Below are positions 45,475 through 56,134 of a DNA stretch of 64,000 nucleotides, piece after piece. The stretch lies in IMG/VR virus record IMGVR_UViG_2687453534_000001, one strand, 5' to 3'. Source of the DNA: a virus. Every line of letters begins with the position of its first letter. The first letter of the stretch is position 1. The notes under the pieces were generated by a model, which saw nothing but the letters and a program-made list of their open reading frames with translations, was not told the origin of the DNA and did not search any database. The translations under genes and the position numbers were made by a program.

Positions 45475-46424
45475 GTAGCAATCCGTTCATCGTCCAGCCT
45501 GATCGCTATGAGTCGCAGATTCTTTCGATGTGGATCAGTGGTGACGGTCGCCGATTCCACACGCATGGCGAGGTCGAGGGACATGAGGGTGTCTGGAATG
45601 CCAAGGGTCAGGTGCAGGGCATCTATGACGCCCCGGTCAAGACCACCTGGAAGGCGGGCGCGTTCCAGGATGGCGCGACCCAGAAGGGCAAGAAGGTTCT
45701 GCACCGAGATCTCACGCTTGGATTCCATTGCATCGAAACACTTGGCCGCACAATGGAAGAGAACGAATCAGACTTCCGCAAGATCTTCGCCTACGAAGTG
45801 GATGAGTGGGACGACAATCCCGAGCCGATCACGCTAGGCATCGAGACTGAGAAGTCTGGCGTGCGCATGCTTGACGTGTTGATGTATGAGAACCCTGTCA
45901 TTGAATCTGACATCGATCCGATCAAACAGCAGTACCTCAACCTTATTCTGAAACTCCGTGCAGGTCAACCGATGTGGTATGAAACCCCGGTCATCACCGA
46001 GTTTTCGGATGGCGGTGCCGACGGTGTGGGGTTCATCGAGATCGAAAACCCGACAGATCAGCCCATGCGGCACAAGTGGATTCTGACTCGCGCAGAGTGG
46101 GAGATCCCGGATTTCAGCTGGCGCGGCAAGAAGTACGCGCGCAAACCCGGTGGCGCCTACCGCTCTAGGGTGCTGTCGATTCCGCCGATCACCGCGGTGC
46201 AGGGTGGCGCGGTCATCAGCCTGAACAAGCAGGACTTGATGATTCGCGATGCGCACTACACCAACATGTTGCCGCTGATGAATGGCCGATTCTTCATGCA
46301 CGTCATCCCGCCGTACACCCCGAAGCAGCAGATTCCGATCAGCTACAAGAACGCCCCCGCTGGAGGCGCGATGGCTCAACTGATACAGCCGCGGCTCTGG
46401 TCGCGGCCATGGGGTCTTGAGTGA
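45471..46424 (+). CDS. Minor tail protein (distal tail, Dit-like)
   Basis: GTG start overlapping the tape-measure stop. Confidence 0.65.
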   Translation: MSSNPFIVQPDRYESQILSMWISGDGRRFHTHGEVEGHEGVWNAKGQVQGIYDAPVKTTWKAGAFQDGATQKGKKVLHRDLTLGFHCIETLGRTMEENESDFRKIFAYEVDEWDDNPEPITLGIETEKSGVRMLDVLMYENPVIESDIDPIKQQYLNLILKLRAGQPMWYETPVITEFSDGGADGVGFIEIENPTDQPMRHKWILTRAEWEIPDFSWRGKKYARKPGGAYRSRVLSIPPITAVQGGAVISLNKQDLMIRDAHYTNMLPLMNGRFFMHVIPPYTPKQQIPISYKNAPAGGAMAQLIQPRLWSRPWGLE

Positions 46425-48148
46425 GCGTCAACGACGCCACCGCCGTACTCGACTACGAACCCATTCAGCTCGACTTCGACAACCTAGACCTGCGCGCGCA
46501 GTGCGAGGCGATCTGGGACGAGACGATCAAGCAAGAGCGCGCCGAGATCAGACTTCGCCGACAGCCACCGATCGTCCGCATCTTCGACGGTGAATGGGAA
46601 CTACACCACGTACTGGCCACCGAGTACCGCGCCGAATTCTCGTTTATTTCCAACGACTCTGGCCCCGGACAGACAGACATTCCATTCACGTCAGAAGTGG
46701 CGCAATGGATTCACGACATGCAGGGCCGCATGGACCGTGGCGAGAAGCGAAACGTCCACATCACCGTGGACTACTGTGGCGCGCGCTGGTCTGGCCGACT
46801 CGACAAGGCAACACTCAAGTCAGACGAAGATGGCGACCAAACACTCAGTGTCACTTGGCTTCACGACTACGAGAATCTTAAATGGTACAGTGTTTGGAGC
46901 AATCCATTCTTGCCCGCGGCGTTCCAAGCGCCGCGCGCGTTCATTCTCGCGGGTCCTGTCCCATGGATTCTGAAAATGAGCCTGTTCCTGCAATTTTTCC
47001 GGGAACACAACCCGCTCATCACGATTCCCGATGATCCGCTGAATCTGGCGAGCTGGTTCTCAGGGCTAGATCAGTCCACCTGGAGCATTGTCGTCAAGCC
47101 GACCTCATTCTTCGAGGCAATGGCCAGCGGTGCCGTGTGGGGCATGGTGTCGTCTCGATGGGCCAACTGGCACGACATGGCAAAGATTATGCTCGAAGAC
47201 GCCGAGTACAGCGTTGTGTGCCGCCGCTGGCTAGAGGGCGACCCCGAGCCGTGGCCCGGTGCGAAACTGCGCAGCGGAACCCTAGTCATCGACATCGTGG
47301 ACAAGTCCGGCGTGATGATCGGAACGTCACACGGCGGCACCATGTTCGACGGATTATTCCGTACCGCAGCCGAATTCGCCGACGACTTCATTGACTCGAC
47401 CGACGACCTGATCGCCGATAACGACATCCCCGAGGACTACTTCATCCCCGGACTGCGGCTTACCCGCAAGGAGATGCCGTACGTCATATACCGCGACGGT
47501 GACCAATCACCCATCCAGACATCGGAATTCACCGTGTCACCCGCCAAGGGTATTCAGGTGAACGTCGGCGGGCACTCGATGCCTGGCGTCAATGAGGCCA
47601 TCAGCGCGTCTATACAGGCCGGGTTCGACATTCTTGGCGGTATCGCCCAGATCGGCTCACTCGGTGGCACAGTTGACACACTGGTCAAACCCCTCTACGA
47701 GGACACTGTTCTAGCGTGGTGGTCGGTCAAATCAACTCAGCGGGCGCAGAATTCGGGATGGTCTCGGTATTTCGAGTACTTCCAAGATGGCGCGAACAAA
47801 GCGTACACCATCGCGGCGCTGATGGTGCTTCGTGCTGGCTTCTGGGCGACGAAGACAACCATCAGTTGCAAGGTGTCAGTGGTAGATGGTGCCCCATTCA
47901 TGGTGGGCGACAGCGGCCTTGGGCACTTCTTTCTAGATGACCGTGTAGGTATCGCCCTGCGCAATGACACGCGGAACCGAATCCAGATGGACAGGTGCCG
48001 CCGCATCGACCTCAAGTGGGATGAGGAGACCCCACCGGAATGGCAACTGACCATCGGCGACGAACGCGCGCTACAGGACCCGGCACAGCGGGCCTGGGGC
48101 AAGATCGAGTCCATCGTCGCCGCCCTGCGAGATCTGGGAGTGTACTAA
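46421..48148 (+). CDS. Minor tail protein (tip/Tal-like)
   Basis: 575 aa. Confidence 0.65.
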   Translation: MSVNDATAVLDYEPIQLDFDNLDLRAQCEAIWDETIKQERAEIRLRRQPPIVRIFDGEWELHHVLATEYRAEFSFISNDSGPGQTDIPFTSEVAQWIHDMQGRMDRGEKRNVHITVDYCGARWSGRLDKATLKSDEDGDQTLSVTWLHDYENLKWYSVWSNPFLPAAFQAPRAFILAGPVPWILKMSLFLQFFREHNPLITIPDDPLNLASWFSGLDQSTWSIVVKPTSFFEAMASGAVWGMVSSRWANWHDMAKIMLEDAEYSVVCRRWLEGDPEPWPGAKLRSGTLVIDIVDKSGVMIGTSHGGTMFDGLFRTAAEFADDFIDSTDDLIADNDIPEDYFIPGLRLTRKEMPYVIYRDGDQSPIQTSEFTVSPAKGIQVNVGGHSMPGVNEAISASIQAGFDILGGIAQIGSLGGTVDTLVKPLYEDTVLAWWSVKSTQRAQNSGWSRYFEYFQDGANKAYTIAALMVLRAGFWATKTTISCKVSVVDGAPFMVGDSGLGHFFLDDRVGIALRNDTRNRIQMDRCRRIDLKWDEETPPEWQLTIGDERALQDPAQRAWGKIESIVAALRDLGVY

Positions 48149-48580
48149 GTGACGATGCCCGCGATGAATCCCAATTTCGGGATGAACGGTGCCAACGCTC
48201 AAGACTACGAGTTCTCCAAAGGCTTTCCCACACACGAGAATTGCGACCTTGAGAACCCGCGAGAGATGTTTCTATGGATGCTCGTCGCACTACCTGGCGT
48301 CGTCGGCGCTCAGCTCGTCATGCCCATTGGTTACAACATGGCGGTCTCTGAACACCTCTACGAATGTGGCGCGGGCCTGGTGCGCGAGCCGGTCAAGAAG
48401 TGGATTCCACCGAAGGCAAACGGCCCGCACTGGATGACCTCACCGGGGCAGTGGGTACCTATGGAAACACCTGTCGAGGAGCAGCATCCAGCCGATGTGG
48501 CAATCAACAAGCTGTCCCGTCTCCAGCAGGCAGAGCTTCTAGAGCGCCTACTCAAGATGCGTGAGGGCGGTGATCTGTGA
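48149..48580 (+). CDS. Minor tail-associated protein
   Basis: 143 aa. Confidence 0.5.
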   Translation: MTMPAMNPNFGMNGANAQDYEFSKGFPTHENCDLENPREMFLWMLVALPGVVGAQLVMPIGYNMAVSEHLYECGAGLVREPVKKWIPPKANGPHWMTSPGQWVPMETPVEEQHPADVAINKLSRLQQAELLERLLKMREGGDL

Positions 48581-50712
48581 CCCAGCCCGATCAGCTCAAC
48601 CCTGAACAAGCGGCCAATTACGACAGCCTGGCCTCCTGGGCGGAGATGACCGAGATCGACTGGCGTAACAAGTACAATGCGCCCTATCAGACAGCGCTAG
48701 ATCAGTTCACGGGCGGATTCTTCGGTGGCCTGCCAACGGGTATGCCGCACAGCCTGGCGATGCTAACGGCGTTGATTCGCAAGCTGATCGGCAATCCGTT
48801 TGCGATATTCCCCTCCGCCGAGGAGGCGCTGGACGCGCTGTTTCAAATTCCGATCATCGGCGATCTGCTGTCGATCGTCTTCCGCGGCACGATTCCGCGA
48901 TCTTGGATTTCTGATGTCATCGAAGATCTGATCAGTGGCGCTGGACAGTTCCTCAACGCATTGAGCGTGAGCGGCAACCCCTTCCTCCAGTGGGACCCCG
49001 CCAAGCCAGGCTGGCAGTCTGGCGGGTCAGCCAAGATGAGTGCCAACGGAACCCAACAGTCAGCACGCTCAGAGATTTTCAATGTTGTTCCCGGACAGGT
49101 ACTTGAGCTACCAGCGGGCACCATGTGGTCAAGCCTGACCGCCACGCCGGGGACGAATCCCATCAAGGTTGGCTTCGCTACCTGGGACGCGAATAAGAAT
49201 CCGTTGCCCGATGTGATCACCGGCCAGTTGCAACCTCCCGCGGCTAACGGCATCTGGCAAGCCATGCCGTCCCAGCCCTGGAAAGTAGAGAGTGGGGTGG
49301 CCTTCGCCGCGCCGCTCCTGATGCTCGACTCCGGCGCAATTTCGGGCGATGTGTGGTTCTCGAATGTATTGCCGCACATGTCAAACAAGATCAACCCGCT
49401 GGATCTGCAAAGTATCCTAGAGGGTGGCAACAACATCGCCGAAGACATCCAGAACACCTGGAATAGCTTCTGGAATGGTGTGTTTGGTGGAAGCGCCACC
49501 GGCAAGACGCCGGACGATGTGAAGGCCGCTGCTGGACATGTCACATCAGTAGCCAGTGATGCCAGCGCCGCCGCACAGTTCGCAGCTTCGATGGTCATCC
49601 GGCCTCGGCGCAGTCCACGCTGGATCTCCACTGGAACTCACGATGATGTTTCGTTCCCAATCATTTCGGCACAGTCGATGTTCACCCCTGCGCTGAATGA
49701 CATCACCTACATCCCCATCACGCCGGACACGGATCGAGTCTATAAGGCGCTGAAGTTCGGGCTCGTCGGCTCAGCAATGACCAACTGCTATGTCGGCGTA
49801 TACAAGATCGAGACAGACGGAACACTCACCCTGGCAGTGAATCTCGGCGATAAGAAGCCAAGCCTGACGGCATCCAAGGTTCAGACATTCGCCATCCCCG
49901 GCGGTGTCGGGGTCGGTCGAGGGGAGACCGTATTCATCGCGGTACGACAGGTCGGTGGCACTGCCGGTCAGATGTTCACCACCCCTTCATTGCTTCAGGT
50001 GACGGAGGTTGTGCAGCCATTGCCGACGTACCCCACAGAGAAGAACAACACTGGCAGTGGGCTTCCCGGTTCTATCTCGGGCGCGATAGTTCGCTCCGAG
50101 TCCGCGCCCGCCTGGGGTGCACTCGGTGAGACACTTCTGGATTCGCCGTGGACAGACTTCTCAACACCAGGCACACATTCCTTCCTGATCCCTACAGATG
50201 CTCGCTATATCTACATCATTGGGTCTAGCGCTGGCGGGGGCGGTGGCGGTGGCGACGGCGGTTGGAACAAGCCGGGTGAAGGTGGACGCCGCGGGCAATG
50301 GGCGGCGGTAAGTCTAGAGCGGGGCGTTGGCATTCCCTGGGATGTCACGGAGTTGGAGATTTACCTCCCGTCTGGCGGCGCAGGCGCTCCCAGCAGAGAG
50401 CAGAACGGCAGCGCAGGCGGCGCCTTGAATGTCCACTTCGCCGATAGTCCATTCACGGTCCTACTGAACATCCCCGGTGGTGCGGGTGGGCGACTGGCAT
50501 ACGGCGGGTTTTTCAATCGCGACCCGGTAGGTGAGGCCCAAGTGAACTACCCGTTCTTTGGTCGGCTCTTTGTGGGCGGCCTCGCCGCGGCAATGGACAC
50601 CAACGGCAATCCACCTGGCGGTGGCGGTGGCGGCGGTGAGGGCGGGGTCGGCGGATCGGCTAATGGCGGTCGTCCGGGTGGCACCGGCTTCTGCGCGATT
50701 AGGACAGCCTGA
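48577..50712 (+). CDS. Minor tail protein with a glycine-rich C-terminus
   Basis: GGGGGGDGGWNKPGEGGRRG ... PPGGGGGGGEGGVGGSANGGRPGG. Confidence 0.7.
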   Translation: MTQPDQLNPEQAANYDSLASWAEMTEIDWRNKYNAPYQTALDQFTGGFFGGLPTGMPHSLAMLTALIRKLIGNPFAIFPSAEEALDALFQIPIIGDLLSIVFRGTIPRSWISDVIEDLISGAGQFLNALSVSGNPFLQWDPAKPGWQSGGSAKMSANGTQQSARSEIFNVVPGQVLELPAGTMWSSLTATPGTNPIKVGFATWDANKNPLPDVITGQLQPPAANGIWQAMPSQPWKVESGVAFAAPLLMLDSGAISGDVWFSNVLPHMSNKINPLDLQSILEGGNNIAEDIQNTWNSFWNGVFGGSATGKTPDDVKAAAGHVTSVASDASAAAQFAASMVIRPRRSPRWISTGTHDDVSFPIISAQSMFTPALNDITYIPITPDTDRVYKALKFGLVGSAMTNCYVGVYKIETDGTLTLAVNLGDKKPSLTASKVQTFAIPGGVGVGRGETVFIAVRQVGGTAGQMFTTPSLLQVTEVVQPLPTYPTEKNNTGSGLPGSISGAIVRSESAPAWGALGETLLDSPWTDFSTPGTHSFLIPTDARYIYIIGSSAGGGGGGGDGGWNKPGEGGRRGQWAAVSLERGVGIPWDVTELEIYLPSGGAGAPSREQNGSAGGALNVHFADSPFTVLLNIPGGAGGRLAYGGFFNRDPVGEAQVNYPFFGRLFVGGLAAAMDTNGNPPGGGGGGGEGGVGGSANGGRPGGTGFCAIRTA

Positions 50713-52460
50713 TGCCCCAGGGCTTCCCGGTCAAGAGTTCCGGTGGCCAATGGTACGGACGATTCAGCGCGTCAGTCCCCTCCATCCCGTCAGCAGAGGC
50801 GTTCGGCACCCCCGAGCTGGTGAAGCTTGTCTACAACCTGCGACCTACCAGCATCCCGTCCGCAGAAGCCTTCGGCTCGATGCTGGTCACATTCCCGCAG
50901 TTCACTTACCCCACCGGCATCCCGTCAGGGGAGGCGTTCGGTACAGCGCTTATCCGCAGTTCTTTCAACCCCGTATCCATTCCCTCGGAAGAGGCGTTCG
51001 GCGGGCCGACAATCTCAGTTGGCCCGGTCACCTTTACCCCTACAGGTATCCCATCGGCCGAGGCGTTCGGCACCGCGAAGTTCTCCCATGTCGTCATCGT
51101 GACGGCGGGCATCGCGTCAGCCGAAGTGGTGCCAGCCCCACGGGTAGGGCGCAACATCGGCGCGACCGGCATCGCCAGCGGCGAAGCATTCGGAACAGCG
51201 ACAGTCAACCGCGGCGCTGTCAGTGTCACTGCGTCGGGCATCCCATCGGCCGAGGCGTTCGGCGCGGCCACCTTCACGCAGCCGGCGACCGTCAATTACA
51301 GCACTCAAGGCGTGGGGAGTGAGACAACCTCGTCACCCACCCAGGTCACGATCAGTCCGAATGCTGGCGAGGACGTGCTGGCCTTCTTCTCGGTCGGCGA
51401 CGGCGGTGTCATGGGCGCTACCTACGGCGCGAGCAATCTGCCTATGACATGCGTTGGCCAAGCACTGTCATCGAGTAGCACGTTGATCGTGTGTTACCTG
51501 ATCCGCAATGTTGCTGCGGGTAGCGCAACCATCAATCTGACGAAGATCGGCAACAACTGGGGTCAAGCGGTTGCCGTGTCCTACGCCGGGGCGCAGGGCT
51601 TCCGAACGGCTAAACATGTTGTAGGCAACGGAACTTCATTCTCGCAGGCCGTAACCGTTCCGCTCAATGGCCGTACGGTACATGCATTCACGCCCGGTGA
51701 GAACAGCACCACCTTGTCAAGTCTCACAGGTGGTACTAGCCGCTATCTGGACAACGCCGGATTTCTTACGCAGTCGATAAGAGATACGGACGCGGATACC
51801 TCCTTCACAGGCACACTAAGCGCTAGCCGGCCGTGGGCAGCTTTGGCGGTGGCGCTGCGCGCAACCGCGGTTGGTGGCGTCACTCCGGGAGTTAGCGCGG
51901 GAACTGCCAGTGAAGGCAATGGCGACACGCGCACGTTTGATGTCTACGCAGCGACAGGCGATTACGTGTATGCCGTAGTCGCGCAGGACCGAACCGGCAA
52001 TCCCTCATCGGTCACGTGCGCGGGCACGGCGATGACCTTGATGGACACTCAGACTTTCACTACCGGCGTTGGTACTGGGTTCCTGAAGGTCTACCGCAGT
52101 GCATCCGCGATGGGTTCGGCTGGCGCTAAGACGGTTTCCATCACCGCCACAGGCGGCGGTTGGTGGCGTGGCTGCGGTATCGCGGTGTCGGGTGTCACCT
52201 CGCCGTCAGGGGTAGTCACCAAAACCTCGGGCTCATCGTCACAACCATCACAGGCCGTCACCTGTTCAGCCGGTGAGTTGATCCTTCAGTTCTTCGCGAC
52301 TGCTACGGAGCCGACCGGAACTGAGGGGGCCGCGACCCTGTGGCTCTCTCCGGGTGGTTCGTTCATGTTCCCCGTGATCAGCATTTCGGACGAGTCAACG
52401 ACTTTCAAGCTCTCGAACACCTCTATCAACTGGGGTGCGATCGCCGTGGTTCTCAGCTAG
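50712..52460 (+). CDS. Minor tail protein with about 9 tandem repeats of about 20 aa (core GIPSAEAFG)
   Basis: Repeats span about 50790-51290. Confidence 0.7.
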   Translation: MPQGFPVKSSGGQWYGRFSASVPSIPSAEAFGTPELVKLVYNLRPTSIPSAEAFGSMLVTFPQFTYPTGIPSGEAFGTALIRSSFNPVSIPSEEAFGGPTISVGPVTFTPTGIPSAEAFGTAKFSHVVIVTAGIASAEVVPAPRVGRNIGATGIASGEAFGTATVNRGAVSVTASGIPSAEAFGAATFTQPATVNYSTQGVGSETTSSPTQVTISPNAGEDVLAFFSVGDGGVMGATYGASNLPMTCVGQALSSSSTLIVCYLIRNVAAGSATINLTKIGNNWGQAVAVSYAGAQGFRTAKHVVGNGTSFSQAVTVPLNGRTVHAFTPGENSTTLSSLTGGTSRYLDNAGFLTQSIRDTDADTSFTGTLSASRPWAALAVALRATAVGGVTPGVSAGTASEGNGDTRTFDVYAATGDYVYAVVAQDRTGNPSSVTCAGTAMTLMDTQTFTTGVGTGFLKVYRSASAMGSAGAKTVSITATGGGWWRGCGIAVSGVTSPSGVVTKTSGSSSQPSQAVTCSAGELILQFFATATEPTGTEGAATLWLSPGGSFMFPVISISDESTTFKLSNTSINWGAIAVVLS

Positions 52461-52540
52461 CCGCAAGCCACTCAAGAAATACCAGGGGTCGATATGCCAT
52501 CGACCCCATCTAGCCCTGCGCAAAGAAAGTGGGAATCAAG

Positions 52541-52948
52541 ATGGCAAATGCTCTGTACGACAAGGGACGTGAAGCTTTCGCGACCGGTGGCATCAACTGG
52601 ACTGGCGACACCATCAAGGTCGTGTTGGTTGATACCGGCGCATACACAGTGAATCTCGCTACACATCAATTCCTTTCGGACATCCCGGCTGGTGCACGAA
52701 TCGCTACCTCATCGGCGTTGGGTTCCAAGACGGCGACCGCGGGCGTCTGCGATGCGGCTGATGTCACGCACCCTGCCGTCGCTGGCGCAAGCATCGAGGC
52801 GGCAGTGATCATCAAAGACACCGGCAGCGCTGCCACATCACCGCTGATCGCCTACATCGACACCGCGACCGGACTCCCAGTGACTCCCAACGGTGGTGAC
52901 ATCAACGTCGTTTGGGACAACGGCGCGAACAAGATATTCAAGCTGTGA
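52541..52948 (+). CDS. Hypothetical tail-module protein
   Basis: ATG 52541 (GTG 52529 is an alternative). 135 aa. Confidence 0.5.
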   Translation: MANALYDKGREAFATGGINWTGDTIKVVLVDTGAYTVNLATHQFLSDIPAGARIATSSALGSKTATAGVCDAADVTHPAVAGASIEAAVIIKDTGSAATSPLIAYIDTATGLPVTPNGGDINVVWDNGANKIFKL

Positions 52949-53211
52949 ACCCGCGGTCGCTCGTCAAATGGCTTGTGCCGGTCGTGCTTGATGCTGTCCA
53001 GGACTATCTCAAGAAAAACCCCGAGCTGTTAGATCAGTTCGGTGAGATCATCACCGCCAAGCTCGTGGCGGCGCTGCCAAGGGTCATCGACAATCTGACC
53101 AACATCACCCCCTGGAAGATCGACGATGTCGTGCTGGACAGTCTCGCGAAACGCATCGTGAACCTACTGCCGTCATTCCTGCCTGATTTTCTGAAATTCA
53201 GGCGGCCGTAG
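52945..53211 (+). CDS. Hypothetical protein
   Basis: GTG start in GTGA overlap. Confidence 0.45.
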   Translation: MNPRSLVKWLVPVVLDAVQDYLKKNPELLDQFGEIITAKLVAALPRVIDNLTNITPWKIDDVVLDSLAKRIVNLLPSFLPDFLKFRRP

Positions 53212-53361
53212 ATGAATCGGCTCGTGCAGACAGCGCTGTTTGGTGCCGGCCTAGCGAGTGTTGCCGCACTCACGGCAGGACTGACATTCATCATCCTCAC
53301 CCGTCTCTACTCACCGGGTGAGAAGGACCCGCGCCTTGCGGAAGGGAAACACGGATGGTGA
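53212..53361 (+). CDS. Small single-TM membrane protein (49 aa)
   Basis: Not in the ORF track. Confidence 0.3.
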   Translation: MNRLVQTALFGAGLASVAALTAGLTFIILTRLYSPGEKDPRLAEGKHGW

Positions 53362-53365
53362 TCCG

Positions 53366-54826
53366 ATGATGCGTTTCACGCGATCGAGGCCGATGATGAC
53401 ACGCGAAGAGATTGCACAAGAAGTTATTTCAGTAGCAGCGATGCTCGGCGTGGAGCCGAAGGGTGTCAAGATCGCGCTCGCTACGATCGCCGTGGAGGTT
53501 GGCACGACTAACCCCGAGTCTGGCGAGTACGGCTGGTGGTGCTTCGCCAACATCAAAGACCCGCAATGCCTGGCGCTGCCACACGACGCTGAGGGGGACG
53601 ACGGCTACTCATCGGGATACTTTCAGCAGCAGGCGCCCAAAGGTGCAAACTGGGGGTGGGGTGGACTGTTCGGCGATCCCGTTGGTGCATTCCGCCGCAT
53701 GGACATTCGCGAGTCCTCACGCATGTTTCTGGAGGCGCTGTTGCGCCTGTCGTATGACTACCGCGGTAATTCGCGCTCACCGGGCCGGATGGCCCAGGAC
53801 GTACAGCGATCGGCGTTCCCGGACCGCTACGACGAGCACTGGCGCGAAGCCAACGAAGTCTATGACCGCGCCGTCAGTGGCAATCCCGGCGAGCCGGAAC
53901 AGCCCTCGGGACCATGGACGGGTGACCCCGTATGGCTCGCCGACGTGCTGCGCGCCGAGGGCGTGGCCGTAGTCGAGTGCTCCGTAGGCGATGTGAGCTG
54001 GCTGGAGCGCGGCCACGGCGACATGGGCTCACTCTGGGGTGTCGTCAATCACCACACCGGAAGTAACGGCTCAACGTGGCGATCCATCTGGGATGGACGT
54101 CCAGACCTGCCAGGGCCACTGTCGCACATCCATTTACGCCGCGATGGCGTGGCTGAGCTTGTCGCTGTCGGTGTGTGTTGGCATGCGGGAACAGGCGCGT
54201 ACGGCGATCTGAGGCCCGGTACAGGTAATCAGCGGACCATAGGCATTGAATGCCAGAACGATGGCGGCGGCTCATCCGATCTGCCTTTACGCCATCGCAG
54301 CTCGTGGCCCGACTCCCAATATGAGGCGCTGGTCAAGATCAACGCCGCGATCGGTCGCCGCCTCGGCGTTGATGCAAGCCGAAGCATCTCGCACAAGGAA
54401 TACGACGACGGCGACCCGCAGACCGATGAGGGCAAGTGGGACCCCGGCCAGATCGACATGGACATCTTCCGTGCCGATGTTCAGCGTCAAATCGGCTCCA
54501 ACACAGGAGGTTTCCTCATGGCACTATCGGACGACGAACAGCGCGAGATCTTGGGCTACGTTCGGGAGCAGCGAGAGATCGTGGAATCACTCTCTCCGCT
54601 GCGCCATCTCGGTGAGAAGAAGGCGAACAACATTGCCGGGTACATCAGGGTGATGGACGCCAACAGCCACGTCGAGGCGATTGAGAAGCGCGCTGGGTAC
54701 GGAGACGCCAAAGCGATTGAGCTACTGGAGGAGATCGCTGGGGCAGACCCCGACGAGTACCCGGATCGTCAGCGAGACGCCGAGCTAGCCCGTCGCATCC
54801 TGGCTAAGGTCAGGGGCGAGAAGTGA
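53366..54826 (+). CDS. lysA: Lysin A: N-terminal peptidase-like domain, central amidase_2/PGRP amidase, C-terminal wall-binding region
   Basis: Amidase_2 region GVVNHHTGSNGST...HIHLRRDGVAEL...CWHAGTG. GTG 53318 is an alternative start. Confidence 0.85.
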   Translation: MMRFTRSRPMMTREEIAQEVISVAAMLGVEPKGVKIALATIAVEVGTTNPESGEYGWWCFANIKDPQCLALPHDAEGDDGYSSGYFQQQAPKGANWGWGGLFGDPVGAFRRMDIRESSRMFLEALLRLSYDYRGNSRSPGRMAQDVQRSAFPDRYDEHWREANEVYDRAVSGNPGEPEQPSGPWTGDPVWLADVLRAEGVAVVECSVGDVSWLERGHGDMGSLWGVVNHHTGSNGSTWRSIWDGRPDLPGPLSHIHLRRDGVAELVAVGVCWHAGTGAYGDLRPGTGNQRTIGIECQNDGGGSSDLPLRHRSSWPDSQYEALVKINAAIGRRLGVDASRSISHKEYDDGDPQTDEGKWDPGQIDMDIFRADVQRQIGSNTGGFLMALSDDEQREILGYVREQREIVESLSPLRHLGEKKANNIAGYIRVMDANSHVEAIEKRAGYGDAKAIELLEEIAGADPDEYPDRQRDAELARRILAKVRGEK

Positions 54827-55899
54827 TCGTCAACGGTCAGTTTGTCGGCTACGGCCGAGGTGACAACGGTCCCGAGGTTGAGCGAGTCCGGTACTACCTC
54901 ACCGAGAAGTTTCGATGGGCGCGCGACATGGGTATGACCCACGGCGACTACTTCGATGAACTCACTGAGCGCGTGTTGATTCAGTTCCAGAAGAACGTCG
55001 GGCTACCGGCAGTTGGCATCGCGAACTACGCGACCAGGCTGCGTTTGTACGGACTTAAACCGCTTCCATGGCAGCGCATTACCGTATACACGTTCGCCGG
55101 AACATGGTCCGCCGCGGACTGGGGTTTCCAGGCTGACGCGGCACGCGGGTTGGACCCCGGATTCTTCACCTGGGTGCCGATCGACTACCCAGCCAGTTTC
55201 GGCCCCATCCCCGGTGGTCCAGTCACCGGCATTACGTCGCTGTCGTACCAGGAATCGGTAGAGGTCGCTGTAAGGGCTGGCATCAAGCGGATCGCCGCGA
55301 CGCCGGGCAAGTTCATGCTCGGTGGCTACTCGCAGGGTGCCGAGGCGGCATCGCGTCTATTGCGAGAGATCATTCACGGCGGCTCCCTGTCGCACCGCGC
55401 GAGTGACTTCATCGGCGGCTACACCTTTGGTAATCCGTGTCGCGAGGAGAACCACACCTGGCCCGGTGACACACTCGCGGGCCGCGGCATCTCGCCGAAT
55501 CGCATCGAGGGCACGCCGCTCACCTGGCACGATTATGCACACGCTGGCGATATGTATACAGCCGTGCCGAATGGTGATGCTGGCGACGACATTACAGCCG
55601 TCTATGACGTGCTGACGCGTCTCCAGATTCACGACCCGTTTCAGATGGCCATAGATATGGTCGCGGCATTGACTGGCAAGGGTGGTCTGGCTGAGCAGAT
55701 CGCCGAGCTGTTGGGTAACCCGCTGAACCTGATCGATGCCGCGCGCGCCGCTGGTATCGCGATTCGGTTCGCGGCATCCGGTGCTCGCGATCACGGCACC
55801 TACGGGATTGATGACGTAATGGACGGCTCAGGGCGTAGCTCTGTCCACCATGCCATCGATTCGATGAACGCATACGGTCGCAAAGTGCTTGCGGTGTAG
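54823..55899 (+). CDS. lysB: Lysin B, mycolylarabinogalactan esterase (cutinase-like)
   Basis: N-terminal PG-binding-like GDNGPEVERVRYYL. GYSQGA serine-hydrolase motif. GTGA coupling. Confidence 0.85.
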   Translation: MIVNGQFVGYGRGDNGPEVERVRYYLTEKFRWARDMGMTHGDYFDELTERVLIQFQKNVGLPAVGIANYATRLRLYGLKPLPWQRITVYTFAGTWSAADWGFQADAARGLDPGFFTWVPIDYPASFGPIPGGPVTGITSLSYQESVEVAVRAGIKRIAATPGKFMLGGYSQGAEAASRLLREIIHGGSLSHRASDFIGGYTFGNPCREENHTWPGDTLAGRGISPNRIEGTPLTWHDYAHAGDMYTAVPNGDAGDDITAVYDVLTRLQIHDPFQMAIDMVAALTGKGGLAEQIAELLGNPLNLIDAARAAGIAIRFAASGARDHGTYGIDDVMDGSGRSSVHHAIDSMNAYGRKVLAV

Positions 55900-55920
55900 C
55901 GAATTACGAGAGGATTAATC

Positions 55921-56133
55921 ATGCCGAATCTGAGTGAAAAGCTGACATCGACACAGCGAATTGCGTTGTACGGCGTTACCTTCGTGGTACTCACGGGACT
56001 CGCCGCTGCCAATGTCATTGACAAAGAAGCGGTACCGCCGTTGCTGGACATGGCCGGAACCATGCTGGGTCTCGGAGTGATCGGCGTGGCCGGTCGAGTG
56101 CTGCACGAGCAGCGGCGAGACGGGTTGTTCTGA
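55921..56133 (+). CDS. Holin (two-TM)
   Basis: GAGAGGA RBS. 70 aa with 2 TM, directly after LysB. Confidence 0.7.
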   Translation: MPNLSEKLTSTQRIALYGVTFVVLTGLAAANVIDKEAVPPLLDMAGTMLGLGVIGVAGRVLHEQRRDGLF

Positions 56134-56134
56134 C

